NCBI RefSeq assembly: GCF_009834535.1
Contig: NC_045696.1
Coordinates: 52,082,001-52,146,000, forward strand
From: Camelus ferus
Lineage: Eukaryota
Reading direction: 5' to 3'
DNA length: 64,000 bases
This document shows positions 1 through 14,714 of the stretch, piece by piece. A program made the translations under genes and the position numbers. Numbering within the stretch: the stretch's first letter is position 1; every line of letters starts with the position of its first letter. The notes under the pieces are model-generated. The model did no database searches and was not told where the DNA came from. It was given only the letters and a program-made list of their open reading frames with translations.

Positions 1-1269
1 AAGCATGTCTGATTTTCCACCTGGTGAGAAGAAGCCTGAGTTAGAGACTTGTATTAATGCTGGAGTGCTGGCATAGACCAAGTCTGCCAACTTCTTAACC
101 CAAAAGCAGTTTATGAATAATGACAAAAAAGACACTTAGAAGAAATGTTTAGACACCATTCTTTTAAAAACCATTAGATACTGACTAGATTTTAGTCACT
201 AGAATGAATAGGCAGGAAGGGGTTGACCCTCTGAAAACCATGGCTTATCTCTAAAAACACTTTTAAGCTCCTTAAACTCGGGAACCTGGCTCTGTCTTCT
301 GAACTCCTTACTCCATGAGGCAATGAGACAATCACCTCATGAGTGATCATCAGTAAGCTTTACTGTCCTTTCAGAGATTACAAGTTTCACATGAAAGTTC
401 TATTTCTGAGGCTTATTAGATCTCCCTTAGTAATACAAATCTGAGGTAGTCCTTATTTTCATGTCATAGTATATTTATCTGCTGGTACCCAGAACCAGAC
501 CTATTTTCTACACTCTAACGTATAAAATTCTGCCTTGTTTGTTTGTAAAGCATCTCTTAATACTAACTCAGCCAACATCACCTGTGCTGGAGGTGGTTAA
601 GATCCACCTCCCCAAAGCATGTTACCACGGTGACAAAGTAGTGACCTAATTTACACACACCTGCTGGGTTAATTGGGCCAAAATGAAAGATGATATATAT
701 GCTCAAAATCCAAAACTGATTTTTCCTCAAAATTAAATATTTGATTTTTTTTAAATTAGCAGTTTCTAAAGCTAAGCAACATACTCCAGGTGTGCATTTG
801 CCAGTTAATATACCCTGAATGTTTCATGACACTTGAGGAGCAAAATATATTGAGTGATGAATACAAATCTTTTATGTATTTTCTGTGTGCAATGATTAGT
901 ACGAGTAAGTGGTCTCAATCACTGAATACATGGGGTGTGCCTGAAGGGTTGGGCCACAGCCTCAAAGCAAATAGGGACATTTCAACTGTGGCAAGTTAAA
1001 ACGCAGAGTCTGAGCTGCCTCTAAAAATGCAAGTTTGTTTTGGAGAAAGCTGCTCTCAGTAGCTTGCATCAGCCTGCAAACATCTCTTAGGTGACAACAT
1101 CTCTTACCTCTACTTGACCTCTTCCCACCTTTTTGTACTCATCCTTCCCAGACCACTACACAGCTTTTCTCTGAGCCATATAAATTTATATACCAAGAAC
1201 TGACAGGATATGAGCAAAAAGACACTCCGTGAGACCTCTGGTAAAGCCACAGCAATGTGTAAGTGGTAT

Positions 1270-1790
1270 AGCTAAATGCACCAAAATCTTGAAAAACATG
1301 TATATCTTTGACTCAACTATTCTACTTATGGTAATTTGTCCTGAACATAATCAAGAATGTTCATAAAAATATGTACATATTGATATTAATCAATAGGTTA
1401 TTTATAATAGAGAAAAAGTGAAAGTAACTTATATGTCCAAGAATAAGACATTGGCTAAAATATTATAACACATCCATTGTATGGAAACTATATAATCAAT
1501 AAAAAATCATGCCAGAGAAAAATTACTTATTAACAGAAACAAGTTTTCATAATATATTGTTAGTTGAATCAGAATCCACAATCATGCACAGAGTATAATC
1601 CTATGTTTTTTGCATGCATACATACCTATACACATCAAAATGTTAATAATGACTTTTTTTTAAGTGGTAATAGTAACATCAAGGGTGATTTTATTGTCTT
1701 CTTTCTGCCTTTTTTTTGTGTGTGTGTTTTCCAAATAGTTTTATCATGATGGCATATTACTTTTATAACAGAAAAAAGAATATTCTATAA
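1270..1790 (+). mobile_element. Ancient L1 (L1ME-like) 3' fragment
   Basis: Degenerate L1 3' motifs (tttgactcaactattctacttatggtaattt; ttatttataatagagaaaaagtgaaagtaac...tgtcca); boundaries approximate. Confidence 0.65.
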
Positions 1791-2579
1791 AAAATAAAGT
1801 GAAGACTAGGAAAAAGTTAAATTACATTTCCTCTCCCTCACTAAGACTGACATTTCACCTGTCCTTTCTTCTCTCTTAGTCAACTCCAGTCATAAATATA
1901 ACAGATATTAAACTGAATGATGTTCCTTTATGGATATTCAACTTTCTAACTGAATGGCTCCTTTACTTATTTACAAACCTTACAAAGATGTCAGCTATCA
2001 GAACCCTTAGAGTCTCTAAACTGCTTTTCAAGCTTAGGAAAACCATATAAAGTAAGTGCCTTTTAGTAATGATGATGACTTGAAGTGAAATTTTGAAGGA
2101 ACAAACACATCTTTTCATCACTTAGCTGCTGCGTCCTGCTTAAACTACAGTGTTCACATTTTTATTTTATGTGTTCAGTTATAGGGTCTTACTGATATGT
2201 AAGTGCTTCTCTTAAGTAAGTAAAATTAACATTACCACATGAACTGGAATTGCTGTTAAAAGTATCTCCCTAGGGGTTTGATTTATTCTATGATGCTTTC
2301 ACTGATTTAATCATTGCTTAGATTATCAAAATATAGTAATTTATTCTCATAAGTAAAAAAGTTTCTTGGGATTTTCCTATGTCATAAACAATAGACATCA
2401 GTGATTGATAAATTTTAAAAATGTCAATTTTGACATTTCAGTTCTCATTCTAGCACTTTTTTTTTTTAAACCATAGTGCTAATCTCTGTCTTCCTAGGGA
2501 ATTCATGGGGGGAAAAATGATCCTGTTTTTCAAGTGATAAAATAAAAATTTCGTATTTTAATTTCTCAAAATAAGTATT

Positions 2580-3600
2580 AACAAATTTTTTAAAAATATA
2601 TAGTATACAAAAATAAATCTGTGTTGAATTAAAGATGTCAATATTAAAAGAGACTAAATTACAAATGTACTAGAAGAAAATATGTGTAGTTTTTTGATAC
2701 GAATTTTCTATACCATAAAGGAAATGACTGATAAATGCATAAAACGACCATAGCAAAAGCCAAAAAGCAAATTAAAAACTGAGAAATATTTTAAAACTTG
2801 TAACAGAATAAGTGTTATTTTCCATATACAAATCAATAAAAGATAAAAAATAGAAAGTATTTAACAGCCACTTCACAGAAAAAGAAATACAAATGGACAG
2901 TAAAATTTTTAAATGGTGTTTAATCCAACTCATAAATAAACGCAAATCAAAACAGTGATGAAATATTATTTCACTTTTTAGACTAGAAAAAAATTGTTAA
3001 AATCAAGTATTGGTGAGGCTTTAAGAAAGCAGGGATTCTCATTTACTGTTGTTAGAAGTATATATTATAACAATGTTTTTAAAGGAAAAATTTTTAAAGT
3101 TGTCAAAATTTTAATTATACAAATATATCTAGGAAATTACAATATGTATATATTAATATAAGTATAAGATATTTCTAGAAGGCTGTTTATTGCAATATTT
3201 TTGGAATAGGGAAAAATTGGAAATAACTAAGTATCCATAGACTGTGGTTAAATACATTTTGTTACTCTCATATTTTATAAAATGGAAATATTAGGAAGCT
3301 ACAAAAAGAAGTTAATATAGCTTAATTTACTATAGTATAAACATTATAAGTCTCTAACATATAGTATTAAAAAGAAAAAACAAAATATAAAGAAAATTTG
3401 AAAGGTATGATTGACTCTCATTTAAAAAATACAGGTAGATAGGTACATTTCTGTACATGAATACACTTGAAATTGTCTATTTCTGGTAGTAGCACTGTAA
3501 GTTGGTAAAGACATACTTTTCATTTTATATCCTTGTATATATCATTTTATTTTTAGAAATTTTACCATGTCTATGCACTTTAAAAATAAAATTAGCAAAA
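2580..3600 (+). mobile_element. Ancient L1 (L1ME-like) ORF2 end and 3'UTR fragment
   Basis: cttcacagaaaaagaaatacaaatgg..., aaatcaaaacagtgatgaaatattatttcac, tattggtgagg... resemble decayed L1 ORF2 C-terminus. Confidence 0.7.
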
Positions 3601-4330
3601 ATATTTTTCAGTGTAGTGGTAAATGGTGAAAAGTGAAGTAAAAATGGTGAAAATAAAATTAGAGTACGGTATTGCTCATTTCCTCACTCTGCACTTGTCT
3701 AGTCCTATTCAACTTCACTATGTTTCCATTTTCTCATCTGTAAAATAACTGAATTACAGTAAAAAGATAATATCTACATTTTCTTATAGTTCTAACAGTT
3801 TGTACTTTTATGTCTTAATAATCCAATACAGGATAGTGGAAAATATGTTTGAGACTTAAGTATCTATTTTGAGCATCCATAGCTACTGCAACAAACAAAT
3901 CTCTATTTGGTATGTTGTAGACACCTGTAGTCATGTCTTTATGACAATAGGAAATAATGTATATGCTGAAAATCTTGATAAGCTGAAAAAACTAAATACT
4001 ATCTTAAATACTATACTCATTGTACAAATAGTGCTTCTAGGTCTCAACAGTTTAGTTCTAAGAAAGTGCTGAAACATGCTAAACAAGACTACTCAGAAAT
4101 GTACTCCTTATATACCTCGCTACCAACTTTCAGCACTGGCCCAGGAGTTTTCTTGACTCTATTCTATATATGTTCTCAAATATACAACTTGAGTAGAACA
4201 AAAAATCAAAATGGGTTTATCATTCAGGTATACATTGTCAGAAGCATTCTTTAAAAGTTTTTGATATTTTATAACATTATAGTTCTTGCATGCTTACAAG
4301 TTATAAGAAGTACTCTGTGTCTTTTTAGTT

Positions 4331-4575
4331 TGTGGTATTTGAGGCTTCAGTAACATTAACGGCCTTCTTCCACTATGACTTAATAGTCTTGATACTTGGA
4401 TAGTTGTTTTTAAAAGCAAAATCTTTCAGTCATGGTTTGGATGACAAATTATATGGTCATCTAAGTTACATAGTAAAAACTGTTCACTGTGGTATTTCTA
4501 AGAAAGAAAGTGGTTCTTTCCTTTCATTTCCGGTTTCCACTATTGTGATAAGCAGAACTACGGGAGTTTCCGTGG
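4331..4575. promoter_or_regulatory. Candidate enhancer (RUNX/ETS-IRF/GATA/NF-kB motif cluster)
   Basis: TGTGGT 4331 and 4488; TTTCATTTCC 4522-4531; ATTTCCGGT 4526-4534; TGATAA 4546-4551; GGGAGTTTCC 4562-4571; several retained CpGs; motif evidence only. Confidence 0.35.
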
Positions 4576-7306
4576 TAAGATACAATGGTGTAAGTGCTAA
4601 CATTGTTGTGCTATTAATCACACTATAGGTTGGTTTATAAATTAGAATGTAGGCAAAGCCTATCAAAAATTATATGGAGAGCTTTTTAGTTTCTCTAATA
4701 AAAAATAATTTTAAATCCTCTTATCTAAAAACTTGACCATTTCTGAAAATGTTACTTGGCTCTGTTTTTCAAATGCTCACGATAGAATATTTGCTTCCTT
4801 GTGTATTTTTTCTTTTGGTATCATCCTGGGTCATGGTAATACTGTCATCTGTTATAGCAGCAAGCAATGGGAAAACAATAATACCGTGAGCGCAATGCTG
4901 ATAAGACACATTAAACTCAGAAAAATTCAATCAAATCTCATCAATTTCAATAATTTACAACCACACGTCTTTGTCTATAGATAAACAATTTAATTTTGAA
5001 TGAAGCATTTAGAGAAATTTCTACTTCAGAATGAAAATAGAGATGAGAAGAACAGATTTCCTGTGTTCAACTCAAATGGAAAGGTAACTACATATTCCTA
5101 AAAGGTTCTATGTTAAATATTGACCTACTATGAGACTAATACTTGAAAAAAAAATCTAAGAATATTCAGTTTGATCTTCCATTTTCATTTACAGTCTTGA
5201 TATATAGAAAAAGAGGAAAAAGGATGATATTACTTCTAGAAAAGATGATTTTCCAAAGGAAGAGATGATGGTTCAAGAATCCCTACCAATCCTTGGCATC
5301 AAAGTGGGCAATGGAATTGATAAGGACAGCTAAGAGTAGCAATGAATCCTGTCCCTGTCTTTGTGGCCTAACTTTGGCTTTCACAAATAACAAGTCTGTA
5401 AAATTCTAGGAAGATATAGTTAAGCTTATTTAATCCATTACTGAATGCTTATTTTTGCTGTGTTTACTATCAGGATAAAGAGAAGGGTCAACTGGAAGCA
5501 GATCTCTTAATATACATTGTTAATAGCTAATAGATGGGACATGCATCCGCTTACCTGTCTGTTCTAATACACATATACCTTGCACAACCCTGAGCAACCT
5601 GTCAGGATACAGAGATCAAATTTCTTGCACTCCAGGTCTTTCCTTGACTGGCTTTTCCATATTATTGCACTCTTGGTTCAACATGATTTCCACAGAAAGG
5701 CCACCAATAACCACTCTCCATACCCTAGCCACTCCTACTTTTTCTGTTGTACTTCCTGAATAGCCCACACTACTTCTGAAATATATCTTATTTACTGTAC
5801 TTAATAATTCATTTGTTGTCTTCTCCCATACACACACACTACCACCCTACCACCATGTTAACTCCATGAGTTATAGGTTCTTGGTCTTCTTACTCAGAAC
5901 TCTAACTTCCATGCCTAGAACTAGGTCTGACTTTCACCATGGTGTAAGAGTGATCCATACCAGAGAGAAATCTGCACTTTAGCAAAGGGATACTTTCTTC
6001 TCTTTGGTTCTTATAGTAGCAGGAACAAGGCAAACTAAAATAAGTTAATTCAATTAATATATTTTGGTTGCAAATAATTCCTTTGTAAATCAAAATAACT
6101 TTCACATTTAACTATATAGTTATTTCAGATATTATCTAATTTTCTTTTTTATTTAATCTTTATTTTTTTTCTGACAGGGATGTCTAATGCTTACTTCTAA
6201 TGTTTTCTGTCCTATGAGCATATAGTTATATTACCTAGAAGAGAAGTGCACCAGAAGAGCTCCAAGTCCTGGGAATTTTTCAGTAGATAACACACATCAT
6301 AATTCATACAATTACTAATTATCTGTTTTTAAAATTCAAATTGTTGGTTTATCGAATATTCCTAAAGAAAACATAGCTGTAATATTCCATAATCATGAGG
6401 TAGAAAAGGATCAACAAATGCTTCCAATTCTATTTCAGTTCTTTTAGGAATGGCTTTACTTTCTGCTCCCTGAGTCCACTCTCACACAAATAACACTCCT
6501 TTCTTATATTTTCAACATAAAAACATTTCAACACTTTGGGAATCAACTTGGGTGAAGTGGGACAAATGCAGGTATTTTAGTTGAGCAGAGCTGAGTTTAA
6601 ATTCTATCTCAGTCACTTACTGGCTACGTAAAGTTAGAAATTAACCTCTGAGCTGAGCTTTGCTATCTCAGTCTAGTCCTGGATACTCATGACTTCCAGT
6701 TATCACTTAATGGAGGTGTATTTTTATATATAGCCAGATTCACGATTCTTTAATAAAGACCTTGCCTAGCTAAATATAAAGATTAGATTATATTATGGTT
6801 TCAACAAGCTATTGTTTACCACAATGCTTTTGTCACTCTATGACACTAAGTTTCAGGGGCATATAATATCTGGAGACCATTATAAAAAATTATGTAACTC
6901 ATGATTTAGGTTATGAGTAAATTTATTTGAAAATACCATGGGCTTTAAAAGTATATTTTGTATCTCAACACACATGGATTCACAGAAAAGCTGGATGATA
7001 CCAAAATCAGGTTTTAATTTTGCACTGCCTCTGTGAAGTAACCGTAACCCTGCTGACTACCTATTCTGTGCCTCAAGTTCAGCATCTACAATGAAGAGGA
7101 AGTTTCTGTAGTTTAAGAGAGTATGAAAGGGAATGGCTCATCATTCAATTACAGCCATGAACAAACCAAAGATTTTTAAGCAGGAAGTATTCTATAAATG
7201 CTGAACAGATTAACTTTGTCAACTACAGGGGAGAGAAAGGATTAATGTGTGAGTATGTAAATAAGCCTTCCATAGTTATTTACTACAGGAAATTAAAATT
7301 ACTCTT

Positions 7307-7749
7307 TATAGTATGTTGTATGGTGTTCTTCAAAATTTCACGTCTACCTGGGACCTCAGAATGTGACATTATTAGGAAATGGGGTCTTTGCAGATGTAAC
7401 TGGATAAGGATCTTGAGATGAAATCGTCCTGGATTTAAGGTGAGCCCCAAATCCAATGACTAGTGTCCTTAGAAGAGGAAAGATCAGAGAGACACACACA
7501 GAGGGGAATGCCAAGTAAAGATGGAGGCTGAGTTTGAAGTTATGCTACCAAAAGCCAAGGGACACTTGGGGCTACCAGAAGCTAGAAGCTGCAAGAAAAA
7601 TCATCACCTAGAGCCTTCAGAGGAATTGTGGCTGGGCTGCCCTTGATTTTGGACTTCTGACCTCCAGAACTGTGAAAGAATAAATTTCTGTTGTTTAAAG
7701 CCACTCATTTTGTGGCAATTTATTACAGCAGCCCTAGGAAGCTAATACA
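7307..7749 (+). mobile_element. MLT1C-like solo LTR (ERVL-MaLR)
   Basis: acctcagaatgtgac...gggtctttgcagatgtaa...gacttctgacctccagaactgtgaaagaataaatttctgttgtttaaagccac...gcagccctaggaagctaataca. Confidence 0.9.
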
Positions 7750-10700
7750 CTGTCTCTGTACTTTCCAGATCTAAAACAGTGAAGGAGGGTACAGCAGTTT
7801 CATAGGTGTAAATAGTGACCATAAAGTCCTTAGTTGATAGGAGCATCCAAGGACAAAGAGAGATCAATGGGAAAACTTACTGGGAAGTTGTAGTGACTAT
7901 TGATAGTAGTAACTCTTAGAAGTGATAAACTACTGTCTACTTGGAGTTGTTCCCTCTTAAATCCCATAGATAAAGGCCATTTAAAAGTGATATAACCTCT
8001 TCTAATCTCATATTTCAAGAAATCCAGAAACCAGTCTTAAACAGATGTGAGTCATTTTTTTAATTATAAGATTTATATTTTAAAAAATCTAAAGTTCCAT
8101 AGACATAAATAATTAATAAATGTTTCATAACAATACATGATCAATAGCAAAAGTATTCCTGAAATCATTTAATTGAATATGATTTAAGTCAGTCATCAAG
8201 GGAATAATTATTTATGTTGCTGAAGAACTGAATGCAGAAAGTAAATATACCTATTTTTGATCAATGGGAATTTAAATGTAATATCAAATGACAAATTTAC
8301 AGGAGGAAAATCAATTTTCTTTTGGCCGAGGGTATATCCTGTTCTGACACTGGCAAAGACTAGTAAGTGCACATTATTTTTTTGAGGCATCAGACCAGTG
8401 TGATTAAAAATTATGTTTGAAAGTTCTCCTAATGTCCAAAATTAACCATTTCTTAATGTAATACTGAACTCCGTTATCCTATTTGCTACATACAGTTAAG
8501 ACATTATAAAAGCAGCATTTTTTAGTTAATTTTCTGCTCATCTACTTTTTTCTCTACATATCATTATACATCTACACTTACTTAAATATCAAAATTCAAA
8601 GACGCTAACTCATTTACATGTTTTTATCTTTAAAACTCATGACAAAAAAGTGCAATCTTGTTTTGATGTTCTTAACAAAAAAATGATAATAGTAAATAAT
8701 GTGAAAAGTTAGAAATAGTTTAAAGAAAATATATATTGTGCAAGATGAAAGATCTATTCACATATTCTCACCCTAAATATAAAGGGATGTAAATTTAGAA
8801 AGTTATAAATTAATTTCATAAATTCACTTAAAGACCCTCAAAATCATAAAGATGATACAAATATTCATCATTAAATATTACATAATAAAAGCAGGAAATG
8901 TTGAAGTTATTATCTTTCTAGGATGACAGCAAACATCAACTACTATTATTTTTTCTTTTTTTAATCTGAGATGTGCACTAATCACTGTTAGTAAACTGAA
9001 CTCTTTCTGTAGTTCGTATGTATTAGTTAGCCAATCTTCTGATCAACCTTCTAGGCATCAAATATTCTAAAGATAAAAATAAATGATTCTTACAACTCAG
9101 AGATGAGCCTGTTTACGTTTGAGTTGTTTTTGAAGGCATTGGTCTCTCAATACTTTATAAGCTCAGTAAGATGCAGATGATTATGGTATCAATAGAATCA
9201 GGTGGAAAATGAATACAGTTATGTCAATACCTGGAACAATTTGCATTGAATGAATGAATGAGTGAAAGAATGAATAAATAAATAAAACACCAAAAGGCAA
9301 TGTTTAAAATAGATCTGTATAAACAGTTACTTTATAAATTATTAATATTAAGTAGTTGTTACAGATGAAAGAAAATTATTATTGAGAAGCAAATTATTCA
9401 ACAATTAGTAATGACTAGATTATGGGGTGCTTCTTAAATTCTTGCTTCTTTTTTATATAATTGTATTGTTCTATTCAAAGTGCACAATACATCTGTGAAT
9501 AAGTCCTATGTTTATGTTATTTAAGGCCTAGCTCAAATCCTACGTCTTACTTGCAGATCACAGAGTTTTACTAAACCTCTCTAGTACTTAACGACTTTTT
9601 CAGCAATAACAAATAGGTTTCATCGTAAATCAATTTCCATTAATTGGTAACGGTTATCTAAAGTGTTATTTTCAGGAGAATTCTTAGACCAAGTTCTGGT
9701 TTAGTTCAGAGATAACCATGGTAGATTGGTGATGTCCTTCATGGGCAGGGTAAGTTACCAGGGGGATACTGGGTCTCGAGACTTCATTTGACAACAGTGC
9801 TGATATTTTCACTTTTATAGCATTTATCTGAGCCAAATTCAGGTCTAGAGCATGTACTTAATACTGAGAGTGCCTTATTTTTACTTGTTAATTTATGTCA
9901 TGTCTCTTCAAGTATACCATAAGATTCTTGTAGTCTAAGACCATATGTAATTTTTTATGCCCATAGCATCTAGTTATGCCTTGTAAACTAGGCATCTGCT
10001 AATGATAACAAAACAACATTTTTAGAATTCACTCTTATTACTATTATTGATAAACTCAATTTATTTCTTGGCTTCTCTCAAAAGATTATCAATATTAAAC
10101 CATTTTAAAGAAACTTTGCTACATAAACTATACATTTTAGGTAAATGTGTTGTCTTTATCATCTCCAGGTTCAACTTAACCATTAGGAAATTGGTAATAT
10201 TCAGGAAATATATGTCTGCTAAATGATATGTTGTTCCAATAATGGAACAGACAGAAGACAAAGAAAACAAGCATTTTTATAATTTAAATCTCTTAAAAAT
10301 TTCTAAATACATATATTTAAAAGTATATTTTACATATTTAGTATATCTTAGAATTTTTATCACTTTTTTAGTACACTGCATCTTCTTGCACATAGTAAGT
10401 GTTGAAGAAATCCATGTTGATTAGAGTTACATTAGAGAAATAGTTCCATTTTTCATTCCCTCCTGCTAAGCAAATGTATTTATCATATTCCATAACAGCT
10501 CACAGTTTGTTATACATTAACTGCTCATTCTCTGTGCCAATAAGACTGTGCTGGAACAGCAAATGAATTTGGTACGTTCATTTAAATGATTCTGCAAACC
10601 ACAGGCTACACAGTTGTCTAATGATAAAAGAGCTCCAAAGCCACCTGATCACCATTATACTCCCTTATTTTTTTGGACTAGCATGGTCAGTACTGTCAGG

Positions 10701-12324
10701 ATCTCAACGCTGAGAAGAATGAGAAGGAAGAGTACACCTCAGACATAATCATGAAAAGGGGTTTTATTAATTCAGGCACCAATGGCGATGTGGCTAGATT
10801 GGAAGGAGAATGAAATACAGGATTTGAAGCGCTTTATCTGCTCCAAGACCAATGCTGGTTTTGGCACCTCTCTCACTCTAGTGAGTTGCAAAAAAACAAG
10901 CAGGTGCTAGCAATCTGAGAGACCACATGCCAGCTACAGCTGCTTCAAACTGATTCAATTACATCTGCCTGAATAGTCCCAGGACATCAAACCAGTTGAA
11001 GAGATCCGTAGGTTGCAAGGAGACCTAGTCTATCCTGAGACAACCACCTGAAAATCTCTAAGTTTGGATATAAGTGATCATTCTATCCCCAGGCACAGGA
11101 AAAAAGACCAGAGGAAATGTGGTTTTAATTCACTTTAAAATTAAAAACTGGTTGGAGAGAGCACAAAAGGTCCTTTTGAATTTTCATGTTTAAAATCTGA
11201 CAGTAGCTGAGGTCTTAAGGATACCTTGAAACAGCCTGATTTTGTGATAACATTTCCCAAATCATTGGGTATAGCACATTTACAGAACATGCTCTTGGGA
11301 TCCGGACTTCGCTCCAAACCTTGTTTGTACAAAAAGGGGCCAAGCAGCTGGGAAATTCTGGAGTGGAGTGTGTCCTCATTAGTTCCCATCTGCCACCAGA
11401 ACTCAGCTCATGGCAAGTTTGGCTAAGTCCTGGTGTACTCAGGTCCAAATGTGGGTCAGTTTTAATTACACTATACAGAATTCAGTGTGTGGTTTTTAAA
11501 TCCTTATTATACAGCACAGAGGAACGGGCAGCTCTCCAGCTAATCAATTTTTTAAAAGTACATATATAAAAATTTTAAACCAGGCTAGACAGATAGTGGG
11601 TGGAAAAAAATCTTATAAATGAGTACAAGGGTTACTTAAGAGAATTATTAGTGAAATTGGGTCATAAGCAAGTTCTGCTTTAAAACTTCAAAGTGAGAAC
11701 AAACTGTTCATTGGTAAGATAGAAAACTTAAAATAACGTACACAATGCCCCTTGCTCTTCAGTGTGAATGCATAACAAGTCTGTGACCAGTTTACAGTAA
11801 ATACTATGGTAGTACTGGCTTTCACATAAGCAGAGATCTTCCTTCTTTTGTTTTTCTCACTGAATCTCTTTCAAGGGGTAACTCATGGCAAGGATTGTAA
11901 AAAGGGGGGAACAAATCACAAACTACATGTGAAAAGTGAAAAACAAGATGAGGGAGGGGAGAGAGAGAAAGAGGAGAGCAGAGTGCACATGTGTTGAGTA
12001 ACAGACTCTGAGCATGACTTGGCTTTCCATGCCATCCACACAAACAGGGGCCAGAATAAATCCATGCAGTCTATGTTCAGAATCCAACCTGTCCAAAAGC
12101 TTCATCAGGTGCAGGAAAGCTAAAACACTAAGCCTTCAAAGACAACTTTCAGCAAAAAATTCAGGAGTGACGATGTAGGCAGTCAATGTTAGGCATTTAT
12201 GCAATAGCATAATGTACCACTTTTGATGGATAAAATGTCCTTTGGCACAAGCCCTAATGACAAAAAATACCCCAAAACCTTAAATGCCCAGAGTATTTTG
12301 GGGGCTTTTGACTGAGTTGTTATC

Positions 12325-12527
12325 AAGGCAGAACTGAATTTTGGGTTGAAATATTTACTAGCTGTGTGGTTTTGGACAAATTGCATATTCTTTCTAAGTT
12401 TTTTCTTTTCACCTGTAAAATGGGGAAAATAACATCTTCCTAGTAGATTGTTGTAATGATTGTCAATAATGTATATATAAAACATCTCTCTGGAATATAG
12501 AAGTCACTCAGTATATGCTAACTATTT
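12325..12527 (+). mobile_element. MIR SINE
   Basis: ttactagctgtgtgg...ggacaaatt...cacctgtaaaatggggaaaataacatct MIR core. Confidence 0.8.
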
Positions 12528-12536
12528 TAACTCAAC

Positions 12537-12949
12537 CGTTATGAGTTGAATCGTGTTCCCTCCCTGAAAAGATAAATTAGAGTCGTAACCCTAAGCACCT
12601 CAAAGTGTGACCTTATTTGGAGATAGGCTCTTTAGGAGGTAATCAACTTAAAATGAGATAATTACAGAAGGCCCTAATTCAATATGACTGATGTTCTTAT
12701 AAAAAAGGGAAATCTGGGCACAGAGACAGATATGCACAGAGGGAAGACAATCTGAAGAAACACTGGGAGAAGATGGCCATCTACAAGCCTAGGAGAGAAG
12801 CCTGGAACAGACCCTTCGTTCACAGGTCTCAGAAGGAACCAACTCTGCCAAAACATTGATTTCAGGCTTCCACAGTGAGAAAGCTATTCCTATTGTATAA
12901 GCTGCCCAGTTCTGTGATACTTTGTTATAGCAGCCCTAGCAAACTAATA
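12537..12949 (+). mobile_element. MLT1B-like solo LTR with 5-bp TSD
   Basis: gtgaccttatttggagatagg...ggagaagatggccatctacaagcc...ctttgttatagcagccctagcaaactaata; TCAAC on both sides (12532-36, 12950-54). Confidence 0.9.
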
Positions 12950-14714
12950 TCAACTAAATAAAAATTTCATTGATCATCAATGTTTGCCTTGACTCATCAT
13001 GATCAAAACTGTACACTTGACATTAGGTAAGTCAACTTTATTAACTCTACTGAATAATGGTCTATATAATATATTAGCTAGTGCTTTTCCCCTTCTTTTC
13101 TGACTGCTGTTCAGGAAGATATTGCTGCAATATATACAGCCTGGCAGGAAAAAAGAAAACTGGTATACTATAATTAAGATCATCTAGTTTTTTATTAGAG
13201 ATAATTAAGGGAAAATCATACAAACAAATTCACAAATCCACTTTTCTACTGTTGAGGGAGTTTGCATAGGAGGGTATCAGGACATTTTACCACACCAATT
13301 TCCTTCTCAAGAAAAAAAGAAAGCCTTATAAAGCCATTATTTATTCATTGCTAACTCTACTCACTAAACCTGGGGCTGCTTAGGTTGTGACAACCTTGTC
13401 AACAGAACAACCTTCAGTTTACTAGGATGCATGTAAGAGACGTGGTTTAATTGGCGAGTATGGGTTCTTCATTGTATGCAAAAAATTAGTTTCAAGAGTA
13501 TATGACTTTCAAAAGAGGAGTAACAGTTGCCTGGGAGTTGTATCAATAGCCCTTCCATTGTAAGGCGTATTCCCATAATCAACAGACATTTAACTCTTCA
13601 TCTTGAGTTTTTCTTTAAATAGCCCCAGCTTCTATAGACATGTAGCATGCACTGTTAGACTGGTGAGTCTAACCAAGCTGAACTGAGACACTCAACTACA
13701 AACATCAAAGACATAATGTTGCCATAGTAATTTTCTTAATGGGTGAATCCTATACATCCTCCAAAGTCCTATACTGCCCATCCTAACATCTTCTATATTT
13801 TAACAGGAGAGAGAACAAATTTAATATTTATGCAATATTAGTGTGTTATGTACTAAAGTATTTTGTATACCTAATCTACTTTAATCCTCACAGCCATCAT
13901 TAAAAATGTGGACATCATTACCAATATATTATATTGAATTGTGGAACTGAAATTTCAGTACAGGTCATTTGAACTCCAAAGCTCCTATAATTCAAAGTCA
14001 GGCAAGAGATTTAGAATCCAGATACTCTAAAAAGCATCATGGCTTCTAAGATGCTGATTAATTTAAGGAAGTCACAGACTCCTTTAAAGCATCTGAAGTC
14101 ACTTACATAGTAGATGTCTTGCTAAACTTGACTCAGTTTATTCCTCTTAAGGAGAAACCAGTTATTCACAAACTGAAAGGCTTCAATCAATTTAAAATAA
14201 ACTATTCCCTTTATGAGAATACCTGAAAGTCTTTTAGATTCAGTACAGTAATAGCTTTTCTTATGGTTAGTATTCCAACAACTTGACATAGTCCATTTAC
14301 TTCCTGGGGACAAGCAATCAAGTTTTCAATCACTAGTACAAAAAAAATTAGCTCTAATCTTTTTCCACATGAGGTTTCTCACACTACACCAAGAATCAAC
14401 AGTTCTGGGATCAAATCCTGCATCTCTTACCTACTAAGCAGTGTAACCCTGACAAGAACATGAACTTTTCTGAGAGTATTTTGTCACCATGGATAAAACA
14501 AAGATATTAAATAGATGACAATTAAGGTCCTTTCAAGTTCTAACACTGTATGATTTTTAGAATCTCTTCTAAAGCCCTAGAAGCAGACGTAACTTTGGAT
14601 AGAACCTTTAAAACAATCTCTGTGACAATGTCCAGACCAGGATCCCTGCTCTCAGGCAAGCAGATGGTCTTTCTTCAGTATCTAAGTTGTAGTAGTGGTG
14701 ATGGTGGTGACAGA

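Noticed and set aside
6228..6250. Recursive splice sites at cttctag|gtaata (and ttttag|gtaaaa near 16745)
   Set aside because: Weak donor halves; such AG|GT motifs are expected by chance in a U-rich intron
13655..13672. Short inverted repeat gttagact-ggtg-agtctaac
   Set aside because: An 8-bp stem is within chance expectation; no pre-miRNA-length hairpin
14107..14222. Minus-strand coding exon ending at a gtaagt donor
   Set aside because: Stops in all three frames from either candidate acceptor; no other support
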